This document shows positions 46,243 through 55,881 of a stretch of 64,000 nt of DNA, in pieces. Every line of letters begins with the position of its first letter. Position 1 is the first letter of the stretch. The notes beneath the pieces were generated by a model. The model was given only the letters and a program-made list of their open reading frames with translations, did no database searches and was not told the origin of the DNA. The stretch lies in NCBI GenBank assembly GCA_000004985.1, contig GG738866.1, one strand, 5' to 3'. This DNA comes from Naegleria gruberi. Lineage: Eukaryota. Position numbers and translations under genes: made by a program.

Positions 46243-46969
46243 TTATTTTCCAAATATCAGTTTTTCAATTAGAAAATTCCACAAAATTCCAAACAGAGTT
46301 ATTGAATTATCATTTCGAATATCCACACTTGTCGGCGATGATATCGATCCTGATCCAGTTGATGAAAAATCTTGCATCATCATGGTCGAATTGACAATTG
46401 TTCCATTCAAATTTCCAGAATCCATTCCCTCTGATTTTGAATCAGAAATATAAACTCCCAAGAAGAGAGCCATTGCCACCAAAATTGCACACGTATGCAA
46501 TGTAATAAATGTAAAGAAACCAATGACAAGTCTTTTCCTTGACATTCTCTGTCTTGTAGTAGGTGGTTTGATTCATCATGGAGGATGGATTTTCCTTTCC
46601 CTCCTCCATCATCATGACTAGATGATTACTATCTGAAAAGGAAACACCTGAAACTGATGATTTGGATGGTTCATTCGAATAATAATTTGCAATATCAATG
46701 TGATGATCGTGGGAATTTTGATCCAATTGTTGTTGATGGTGAATTTGAAGTGGAGGAATTGATGGCAGTTGTATACTTATTGGATTCGGAGAAGTTTCCA
46801 AGTCTTGTCCATGTTTCGAATATGATTGTGTATCAGAAAATGGTTGTTGTAAGAAAATTGAATCATTAGTTGGAGGTGAAAATGGAGAACATGCAACAAT
46901 ATTATTAAACCTTTCGTGAGGTTCACCACTTGGTGATGCTGTCAACGCAATTGTTGTTGGTTTTGACAT
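46243..46969 (-). CDS. Ser/His/Gln-rich hypothetical protein with C-terminal transmembrane segment (frame ambiguity near 46545)
   Basis: ORFs 46442..46969 and 46243..46545 overlap about 100 nt in different frames. Downstream frame has its own ATG 'MSRKRLVIGFFTFITLHTCAILVAMALFLGVYIS'. One gene with a frameshift or two small genes. Confidence 0.3.
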
Positions 46970-47764
46970 TCGAATAGTTTCGGGTTAGAAATGTGTTGAG
47001 TTTTTTTCTGCACTTTGTTTTTTAGCTAACAAGTGCAAAGTGACAGATGGGTTTTTTTCTGGTAGTGTTCCACTAAATGGTTCTTTGATGAGTGGAACTA
47101 AGCTTGATGATGATCACGTGATGTGCTGCAAAGTTGTGTGTAATTTTTTTTAAAGTTTCTTTCTTCTACTTTCTGCTAGTTTCCAATAGTTACAATCATG
47201 ACAATCCAGAATGGAAATTCAATGGTTTTCAAATTAGCCGAACAGTCTTTTGCTTGCCATATTTTTTAAATAATTCAATATTTTGGTTTTGTTTGTTCAA
47301 ATTTGGTGGCTTCTTATCTTGTTGATATCATCAAGACTTTACAAAATATTGATAATTGTTCAATGCACAGTTTCAGTTTTAGAAAGTTTGCTTTCGTTCT
47401 CTTTGAACTGGAAGTGTACTTATTGGAAATCAAGTTTAGAATTGAAAATATTTATTGGAAACCACAATCCTGTACGAAACCAAAGATTATTTATGAATTA
47501 AAACATTTTTCTTAATGGAGAGTTGATCTGAAAATAAGGAACTTAACTGCAAATTATTCCATAGCTGGGGGAAACTCTGGTCAAGGTGTTGAATGGTTTC
47601 TGATATTTTTGAAGTTTAGTTTTAATTATTTTAATGTTTCTTTTTAATTGGTTATTGTGGATTCTTTTGGAAATTGGTCGAATTGGGTTTATTATAATAG
47701 CATTTTGAAGTTAAGTTTGTGAAATAGTATTGGAACTAATGAACTTGTCAATTAGTGAAAAAAA

Positions 47765-48795
47765 ATGTCAAAACTTGAAAAACTTTCCTTTCAATTTTTT
47801 GATAAATTACCAGAAGAAATTTTGAGTGAAATTGGGAATTTTCTATTGCTTGGTGAATTTCACAAGTGGATGTTGGTGAATCGAATAGTATATCAGAAAC
47901 TTTGTTCCGATGCTTGTTATTCGAAATTTTATTGGAGGGAAATTAAGTATCATTGCAATGCAGATGAGAAGAAATATGTAATTTACAATCCAGTAACTTT
48001 AGAATATCACTCTAATGTGCATTCACTTTATTCTATTTATGGAAAAGTTTCGTCTAATTTTCGATATCATCTCTTGCAGTTTAAAAAGGAAATTTCGAAT
48101 AACAAACCCAACTTTTCATTCACTCCCATTGAGAACATGATGGAAATCAATCCAAAACTCCAAAAATCATTAGAAAAAGATGAATTTCCAGGATATGGAA
48201 AGATTTGCCTTATTGGAAACTCAACATGTGGCAAAACTTCACTTTATTGGAGAGTTCATACTCGAGAATTTCAAGAAACTTTTTGGTATACTTCAGATAA
48301 TCCCAATTTAGTGTATGAAAATTTTCTGATGTCATTGTGGGACCTTCCCTGTAGAGATGGGTAAGTTTCGTTTTATTTAGAATATTTTGAGATTAATCTC
48401 AATCAAGATATGATCAATTGAGAACTTTGTCGTATCCAGAAGCACACTTGGCTCTCGCTTGCTTTTCACTTGTGGACAGAGATTCATTCGATTCTATTCG
48501 AAACAAGTGGATTCATGAATTGAGATTCCACTTGAAAGATACTCCAATTATTCTGGTTGGTTGTAAACATGATTTAAGAGAAGAAATCATCAAATCATCA
48601 ACACATCAAGATAACCAATCAATTGTAACAAGTGAGGAAGCAGAGGAATTCGCCAAAAGTTTCGGATTTATATCCTATTGGGAGAATTCCTCTAAAAGTG
48701 GATTTGGGATGAAGAATTTTATGGAAATTTTAGTAAATGGGTGCACCTATCAACCGAATATTGTAAAACCAAAGAAAAAGTGTTTAATTCAATAA
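47765..48795 (+). CDS. F-box + Rho-family small GTPase fusion protein; 2 exons
   Basis: ATG at 47765. F-box 'LPEEILSEIGNFLLLGEFHKWMLVNRIVYQKL'. G1 'KICLIGNSTCGKTSL'. Exon 1 ends WDLPCRDG + phase-2 GTAAGT at 48362; 46-nt intron 48362..48407 joins in frame to 'YDQLRTLSYPEAHLALACFSLVDRDSFDSIRNKWIHELRFHLKDTPIILVGCKHDLRE...ENSSKSG'. Co-linear with Rho '[28 protein letters not shown]...PIILVGTKLDLRD...ECSA'. Confidence 0.65.
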
Positions 48796-48880
48796 TAATT
48801 ATTAGAATTTAAATTTATTGTAAACTTGAAATTATTAGAAAGTGTTATTGTTGAACTAGAATCTGGAAAATTCAGAAAAA

Positions 48881-49732
48881 ATGTCACCACACAATGATTA
48901 CACTACCATTCCAATAGAAGAATCAGAGATTAATTTACATTACTCACAAACTAATTCTTCCGAAACATTAAATTCATCATTATTAAATCTCCCGCCAGAA
49001 TTATTAACATTAATTATTGAATATTTATCAAATGATAATGTTGCACTGCTGTCATTCGAATTACTCGGAATAACTGCACGAGAAGTAATGAATAATCAAG
49101 TGTGGGAAAAATTATTTAGAAATCAACAAATTTCGTCCAAGTTTTTGGGTTTCGACTGGTTTATTTTACCGAATCAGTATCTTGTTGAACTGGTCAAGAG
49201 AAAATCAGAAAATCCACACAAAATTGCATTTTATTATCATTTCTACATGAATGGAATTATTACACAATTTCTAGATTATGAAATTTCGGATATAATTTAC
49301 AATTTCAGATATTCGAATAGAAGTAACGTATTTCAAATTGAAAAATCATTAATCCCATTAAGGAAATATTTTGAAGAAATGAATAGGTTTCATTTCTATT
49401 CAAATAGAAGACCAATTAATATTTTACTTTACAAAACTCAATTAGAAATTGAAATGAAACGTTGGATTAATTTCAAGAAGAAACCAGGCGAAATACTTCA
49501 CCAATACCGTCGCCACACCTATACCTCTTGCTTTATCCTCCTAGTAGTAAGCCCAATTATTGGAATTGGCTCTTTAGGAATGATTTTGGTTGGTGGAATT
49601 AGTTTCAAATATCCAACGTTTAATTCAGAACTTGGCGCCATCTCACTCATCATTATTGGATGTTTCATTTTGTTGATATCAGTTGTGGGATTACTTGTTT
49701 CAACCAAGTACATTTGTTCTTACAGAGATTAA
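48881..49732 (+). CDS. F-box protein with C-terminal double transmembrane tail
   Basis: ATG at 48881. F-box 'LPPELLTLIIEYLSNDNVALLSFELLGITAREVMNNQVWEKLF'. C-terminal 'FILLVVSPIIGIGSLGMILVGGISF...AISLIIIGCFILLISVVGLLV'. Confidence 0.5.
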   Translation: MSPHNDYTTIPIEESEINLHYSQTNSSETLNSSLLNLPPELLTLIIEYLSNDNVALLSFELLGITAREVMNNQVWEKLFRNQQISSKFLGFDWFILPNQYLVELVKRKSENPHKIAFYYHFYMNGIITQFLDYEISDIIYNFRYSNRSNVFQIEKSLIPLRKYFEEMNRFHFYSNRRPINILLYKTQLEIEMKRWINFKKKPGEILHQYRRHTYTSCFILLVVSPIIGIGSLGMILVGGISFKYPTFNSELGAISLIIIGCFILLISVVGLLVSTKYICSYRD

Positions 49733-49747
49733 CTTCCATGAATTGGA

Positions 49748-51093
49748 CTAGACCTGATTACTTGATTGTTCTTGGTTTTTTGGTTCTTCATTAGTTTCTG
49801 GTAGATTAGGTAAATTGTCGCCAACAAGTTCCTCATCGTTCTTGTCTTTTGATTGATCTTGATTTGTAACCTCACTAGTTTCTGGTAGGGATGGTAAATT
49901 TTCTTCAATATTCGATTTGCATTTCGATAAACCCTCACTTGGTTCAATTGACTGAACTTTCATTTCACTCTTCTCTGATCGTTCTGATTTCTTAGCAGTA
50001 CTTCTTGCTGACTTGTGATCATGAGATGTGGTATCTAAATTCATCTCCTTAATAGCATGTTCTGCCCTCACAAAAAGTGGATAAAACATCAACAAGCTCA
50101 ACACTGCAAATATCAAAACTGCAAGACAACTGAAAAAGTGCCAAACAACTTTCAGAATTGACTTGTCAGAACCAACGGCAGATGCAACACCAGCTGCAAT
50201 TAATTGACATAGAATGCATAGGATTAATCCAACCAATAATCCAAAAGTTACAATGAATGGATTTGAATAATTTTCCTGTTTTTTAAGGTTTGGATTTCTT
50301 TGTAATTGAATCGTATTGTTTCGTCCAATTGTACGAATCACCACAACACCAGAATAGATGGCAAAGCAAGTATCGAAAATAAGCATTCCACCAGCAAAAA
50401 CAAAACAGATATAATAGGCAATATTAGAATTAGCTTTCGAAACGAAACCCATGTTATAGAGGAAGAATAAAAGAGCTGCAACTAACACTACAAGAAACAT
50501 TAACACAACAAAGAAGCCAAAGATGATATTGGAGAGAATGCTCACATGCTTGAATTGCTTTTTCGACATGGCTCTAATCATGACAGCTGTCTTCCAACTA
50601 CAAGTTTCGAATAATTTAGCATTAAAAGAGAAACTTACAAGATCATTTTGACGTAATATACAATAATGTACAAGACTACATAATTTGAAAACATTAAGAA
50701 TGTAGTCACTGATGCAAAAAAGTTCCAAACAATAAAGTATCCTCTATCGAATATTGTTTCTCCCTTCTCCAGTCGAAACCTCACATTAATATACATGATA
50801 TCAACCATTGTTCTTGAAAGTAGATTCAAGCATCCAATACCAACGAAAACACCGACCATCAGAAAGAGAATTTTTGCATTCCTTTTCAATTCAAGCTTAT
50901 TTCGAATAGTAATATAGTACAGCATTGTAAAGAAACTCATATAAAATATCGAATAGGCAAACAAGTACAATGTACTATTCCCTATCGAAACAGAATTGAC
51001 CCACACTGGTAAAACATAATCCACCGAGGTAATATGACATTCAGACCATCTGAAGTATATTCGAAAGGGAGTAAAGATAATGACGCCATTTTT
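49748..51093 (-). CDS. Multi-pass (about 7 TM) membrane protein with acidic/Ser-rich C-terminal tail; at least 2 exons
   Basis: 41-nt intron 50598..50638 (GTAAGT...CTTGTAG), phase 2, joins ORF 50635..51024 to ORF 49748..50728 (...YYVKMIF|WKTAVMIRAMSKKQ...). ATG at 51093 is in another frame, so a further tiny intron or a different start is likely; 5' end uncertain. Confidence 0.5.
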
Positions 51094-51170
51094 TTGAATT
51101 TGCTTGTCGAAGGGTCTTATTTTGAGTAATTGATGTCGTATGAATAAGAGAGATAAGTTGTTTTTCAGTC

Positions 51171-51475
51171 ATGATGTGTTTCAGTATTGCGTGATGCTAA
51201 CTTGTTTTGGAAGTGTTGAGATTGGAAATTTTGGCATTTTTAATTTGCATCTCAAGCAATGGGCATTTTGTGCTGTTATTGGCAGTGGATGAGGGTTTTC
51301 TTTTTGGGAGTTTGGTAATTATTACCATTCCTTTATTCATTAAAACAGTCTGCTGCATTAATCAGTACGCAGACGGTGTAAAAACCACCATGATCGAGGT
51401 CAATCTTGACTCTGAAGGCTCTCTTTACTGAAAATGAGATATTTCATTAAGTTAAAATTTTCTTAATGAATATAA
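51171..51475 (+). repeat. Upstream-flank repeat associated with tRNA-Glu (copy A, about 300 bp)
   Basis: Begins 'atgatgtgtttcagtattgcgtgatgctaac...ttttgtgctgttattgg...gagggtt...' and ends 'aatgaatataat' abutting the tRNA. Related to 57203..57385 with indels. Confidence 0.5.
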
Positions 51476-51547
51476 TCCCGTGTAGTCCAATGGCTAGGAT
51501 ACCTGGCTTTCACCCAGGAGGTCCGGGTTCAATTCCCGGCATGGGAG
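51476..51547 (+). tRNA. tRNA-Glu (anticodon UUC)
   Basis: 72-nt cloverleaf. Acceptor TCCCGTG/CATGGGA. Anticodon loop CTTTCAC. T-arm GGGTTCAATTCCC (B box). A-box-like TAGTCCAATGG. Downstream T4 run (Pol III terminator) at 51553-51556. Confidence 0.85.
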
Positions 51548-51641
51548 GATATTTTGCATTGAATTTTTAATTGTTGTTAAAGTTCAATACTTTATTTAAT
51601 TCTCATGTTATTTTACAGGTAATTAGAGAAAAATTTGTCAA

Positions 51642-52610
51642 CTATTTTACAAGTGGTTTGACGATTGGTTTTGTTGGCTTCTTACATGTCTTTCTCTTGA
51701 TACAAATCTTCTTCTTGATTGACTTGCAGCACTTCTTCTTTCCACCAACTAATTTGAATTTCTTACAAATCTTCTTTCCCTTTGAACGTTTCAAACACTT
51801 CTTATAATACTTCTTCTTGATACATCTTGGAGGAATGACAATTGACTTGGCACAATACTTCTTCTTGTTATATTTGACACATTTGGAGAGAGTCTTCTTG
51901 TGTTTACAGAATTTGATGGTCTTATGCTTGGCGCAGAAGAATTTCTTCTTAATGAGACAACACTTCTTGAAAGATTTTCTTTCCTTGCAGTATTTAACCT
52001 TCTTATACTTGGCACATTTCTTTGCCCAGGAGACAATCTTGCACTTTTTAACATATCTACATTTGGCAACCTTCTTATTGTAAGAATCAACAGTGTACTT
52101 GTCGCAGACCTTCTTCTTTTCACACTTCTTGATTGGAACCTTCTTGAATTTCTTACAGACCTTCTTGAAACCCTTCTTGAAGCACTTATTGATAATCTTG
52201 TGCTTGGCACAGAACTTCTTGAAACCCTTCTTGATGCAAATCTTCTTAGTTCCATAAGAATCACAAACTTTCCAATACTTCTTCTTGGCACATCCAACAA
52301 TCTTGTATGCATGCAAGACACACTTCTTTGTTGGCTTACTGTACTTGTCACATTTGGAATATTTCTTATGTTTAAGACATTTACCAGCACCGACAATTGC
52401 ATATTGATCACAGACCTTCTTTTGACCAACGAGTTTGTGTTTCAAACACTTCTTAATCCACTTGTGCTTTAAACATTTTCTCTTACAAATTCTTGGCTTG
52501 TGATACTTGTCAACTACTGGAGGATTGGTTTGATAGCTGTCACTTGCTTGAACTGAAAGGATTGCAAGCAAGAGTAGAATTGCAATTGAAAAGATTAGAT
52601 TTGCTTTCAT
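51642..52610 (-). CDS. Secreted, extremely Lys/Cys-rich repeat protein (about one-third Lys, about one-eighth Cys)
   Basis: ATG at 52610 ('MKANLIFSIAILLLLAILSVQASDS', signal peptide), TAA at 51642. Body is a degenerate tandem of about 9-10-aa units with KC(L/A)KHK, CxKK and KKxC spacing. Other-frame ORFs 51791..52429, 51817..52083, 51900..52472 are shadows of this repetitive DNA. Confidence 0.55.
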   Translation of the reverse strand: MKANLIFSIAILLLLAILSVQASDSYQTNPPVVDKYHKPRICKRKCLKHKWIKKCLKHKLVGQKKVCDQYAIVGAGKCLKHKKYSKCDKYSKPTKKCVLHAYKIVGCAKKKYWKVCDSYGTKKICIKKGFKKFCAKHKIINKCFKKGFKKVCKKFKKVPIKKCEKKKVCDKYTVDSYNKKVAKCRYVKKCKIVSWAKKCAKYKKVKYCKERKSFKKCCLIKKKFFCAKHKTIKFCKHKKTLSKCVKYNKKKYCAKSIVIPPRCIKKKYYKKCLKRSKGKKICKKFKLVGGKKKCCKSIKKKICIKRKTCKKPTKPIVKPLVK

Positions 52611-53011
52611 TTTTTGTTTTTGTTGGATTGGATAGTTCAACCAGATGGTGCTAATTTAAACCATTTCGAATTGTTTTTCATTTGGGACAAGCTGAAAATA
52701 GTTGGATGTAAGGTTCCAAATTTGGATAGAAAACTGATTCAATTTACTATTCAAATATCAACTCAGCTTTCCAAAGTATTCTACTTAATTCATGTATTCG
52801 AATTTCATGAGAGAATACTGTTAAATGTTTAACAGAGAACATTTGATATTGTTTTGTGACCAATCGACAGTCTGGTTTTTTCAGTCATTTGTAAAAAAAT
52901 AGTCATTAAGAACAAGAAAATTCTAGGCATGGAGGATAATTTTTTATTTTTATGAAAATTGTTGGATAAATGATAATGAATTAATTGAGGAATGAAGAGT
53001 TTATGAGATTG

Positions 53012-54018
53012 TTAAAACATAGAATCTTGTTTTTGTGTGCGTCTGACTAAAATATTTGGATTGTGCTGAAAGAGTGAGGTTTCAAAATTTGTTTTTCTAT
53101 TTTGGTGGTTTTCAATATTTTCTGATTGGTCTTTCCTGTTTTGGTTCTCAATATCAAACTCACAACACAAGAAACACATGAAACAAATCGCAATAATGTT
53201 GATTGATATTACAATACCATTGATAATACTACAAGCTATAATAGCTCCATTTGGCTTTTTGTTTTTATCAACTGTTCCAAACACAGCTAACAATCCAAAA
53301 TCTACAAAAACTGCCAAGAATGAAAGAAGCACAATCCAATAATTATAAAAAAAACCCATTCTTTGTTTGTCCTTAGTTAAAAACTTGATAAAATCAGAAA
53401 CCCAATGAAGGATGAAAGTACCAACAATTGTCCATCCAAATATTGAACTAATTGATTCATTATACTGTATAAAATTATATGATAACTTGATGAGCCATCT
53501 ATTTGTAAACTCCATAAGAACCTAGTCAACCATATTCCAATTACAACAATATGAAGGTGAGGATTATTTTCTTTAAAGCCATCAAATTTCTTCTTATATT
53601 CCTCAAAGTGGTTTGAAATAACGTTTCGACAAACTTTTCGTCCTTTCTTTTGCAAAAGTGGAAAAAGAGCATGAAACACACTAATAGAACCAAAACATCA
53701 AAAATGACTGTTTCAAAATTGTAAATTGAAGAACCAAACCAAATAGCAGAATTGATAATTAGCATTACCAAGCAGCCATATCCAATCTTATGTGGGTGAT
53801 CATAATCAATACCTAGAAAGATAGTGAAAATAAAGAAAACAGTGAACAATAAACTAAAGATGGCACCCATACTGTCAGTAGAATCAATATTTTGCTGATC
53901 ACCACTTGCAATAATATTAAACAGATCCAAAATGGTTCTATTCTTCGGCTTGATATTTACAAGAACAACTGTAACACAATTAAGTGCTAGCATAATACTA
54001 GAGAAGGACGCTTTGCCC
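53012..54018 (-). CDS. Multi-pass membrane protein, paralogue of 49748..51093; multi-exon with uncertain joins
   Basis: ATG at 54018 ('MGKASFSSIMLALNCVTVVLV...'). Three consecutive minus-strand ORFs in different frames (53541..54101, 53377..53679, 53012..53515). Hydrophobic-segment pattern and C-terminal acidic tail parallel the 49748 gene. Confidence 0.4.
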
Positions 54019-54605
54019 ATTTTTTTGTTATGGTTTACACGTGTTGTGTAGATGTAACGAAAATTTTCAGTGTTGATGCATGTGAATGATCCTCCACACA
54101 TGTTGTTGATGATTGTTATGGTGTAACAACGCCGCGGCTGCTATAAGAAATTACATTGCGTTAATGAAGAGTCGTTTTTTTACCATTTTTTTTCTTCATG
54201 AATTTTACAATTATTTTCACAATCGTATGAAAGAAGAGCGACAATTTTTATATGAATTGAAATTAAGGAATTACACCTGTTTTTAAGGGTACATACATTT
54301 GGAGAATCAACTTTAAGGTTTAATTTCGGAGGATCAAATACGATTGATTATTGATTCATTTGTTGAAGGAATGGCAGAACCAAAGAAGTGGTTCAGCAGC
54401 CATGAAAATTAAGGTTGTGGTTCCACCAGAGGGAAATCACTCTACATGAATTGGTACCTCGATCCTTGTGAGTCTTTCCACTTTTCAGTATATGTGGATA
54501 ACGAATGATACGTAAAGGCTGGTCCTTGCATTGCGTACAGAAAAGGTTTCTAACACCAACTTGGTTAATATCAACGAATTACAAAGTTTCTGACATGGTT
54601 TGAAA

Positions 54606-55817
54606 TCACTGGAATAGTTTTTTAAATACATCTATTAATTTTGAAAGCATATGAAGTGAATAATCGAGTAGATCATCGTGCACCTGCTCAATCTTTCTGT
54701 AATTGAAATTTTTTAGATGGGAGAATGAATGTTGAGAAATTGAGCAATGAAATCTACGAATATCATCTGCAGAGCTCAATTCAAATTGTAATTCTCTCAA
54801 ATTCTTGAAAACTTGCTTGCCTATCAGAATTTTAACATGATTCAATCTTAGTAGAACATTTCCAAACCTTAATACTTTTAACTGCTCTAAATTGTCCAAT
54901 TGATTGAGGAAAAGTTCAATAGATGTATAATTATTAGATACATTATATAAATTTTCAAGAGTAATTTCCTTCAATTTGGAAAATTTTGAATTACAAATAG
55001 TTTCCAATATTTGTAAATTAATATGATATGATAACTTCAATATTTCAATATTAGAACACAATTCAGACATTAGAGTATTTACAATTGATAAATCGCTATA
55101 AATATTGGCCAGTGATAATTTTTTAAGGTTTCCAAAATTGGAAAATGTATCTGAATTATTCCATTCATGAATAATACATGAATTCAAAGATAAACTTTCA
55201 ATATTTTTGAAACATTCTTTCTCTGATAATGATGATGAACTAAGCATAAAACTTCCAAGTTCCAGACGTTTTAAACTTGCTAAATAAGGACTATCAAACA
55301 TTTCAATATCGAAATAATGCTCTCCATAAACTTCATCTGAAATTATCAAAGTTTCAAGATTTTTCATTCGACTTCCAACAATCAATTCAATTCCGCACAT
55401 TGGATTTCTCCAATATTGATCATATGGATCGTGTGTTCTTAATTCCAAATAGTTCAATTCGAAAGTTTCAACAATCATTTTCAACAGTTTCGTATGAGTT
55501 GAATATCCAATGATTGTAACTCCTCTCACATTTCTACAATTCTCTCCTTTCAATTTTTCAATCCACTTATCGACAATTCTTTCGTCAACATCTTGTACTT
55601 CGCTATCGAACCAAACATACGAATCTTCCACATTAATCGTTAAAAACAGTGGAATTTTCAAAGAATGTGAGTACCAATTCTTATTCACACGATTACAATT
55701 TTTCAAAATTTGCTCTCCGCTCATGTAATTTAATATTAAATTTAATATTAAATCATCAAAAATTGCATCACCGGATTCAGGTGAACATTTCATGATGTAT
55801 GTTTTCATTTTTTCCAT
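54606..55817 (-). CDS. F-box / LRR (FBXL-like) protein
   Basis: ATG at 55817 verified. F-box 'AIFDDLILNLILNYMSGEQILKNCNRVNKNWYSHS'. Following L-rich repeats 'LKKLSLANIYSDLSIVNTLMSELCSNIEILKLSYHINLQILETICNSKFSKLKEITLENL'. Confidence 0.55.
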   Translation of the reverse strand: MEKMKTYIMKCSPESGDAIFDDLILNLILNYMSGEQILKNCNRVNKNWYSHSLKIPLFLTINVEDSYVWFDSEVQDVDERIVDKWIEKLKGENCRNVRGVTIIGYSTHTKLLKMIVETFELNYLELRTHDPYDQYWRNPMCGIELIVGSRMKNLETLIISDEVYGEHYFDIEMFDSPYLASLKRLELGSFMLSSSSLSEKECFKNIESLSLNSCIIHEWNNSDTFSNFGNLKKLSLANIYSDLSIVNTLMSELCSNIEILKLSYHINLQILETICNSKFSKLKEITLENLYNVSNNYTSIELFLNQLDNLEQLKVLRFGNVLLRLNHVKILIGKQVFKNLRELQFELSSADDIRRFHCSISQHSFSHLKNFNYRKIEQVHDDLLDYSLHMLSKLIDVFKKLFQ

Positions 55818-55881
55818 TTAAAAATTCGAAATGAAACTAAATAAATTAATATTAAATTTTATTATAAGAAACCATATTTTC

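Noticed and set aside
51161-51475. tRNA-flank repeat considered as an intact tRNA-targeted retrotransposon.
   Set aside because: There is no reverse-transcriptase, endonuclease or gag-like ORF, no poly(A) or LTR structure. The repeat is only about 200-300 bp. It can be called a repeat or footprint at most.
51791-52472. ORFs 51791..52429(-), 51817..52083(+) and 51900..52472(+), 88-212 aa, Arg/Ser/Val- or Leu-rich.
   Set aside because: They are alternative-frame or antisense shadows of the aag/aaa/tgt-repetitive K/C-rich gene. None has an ATG plus signal peptide logic like the 52610 frame.
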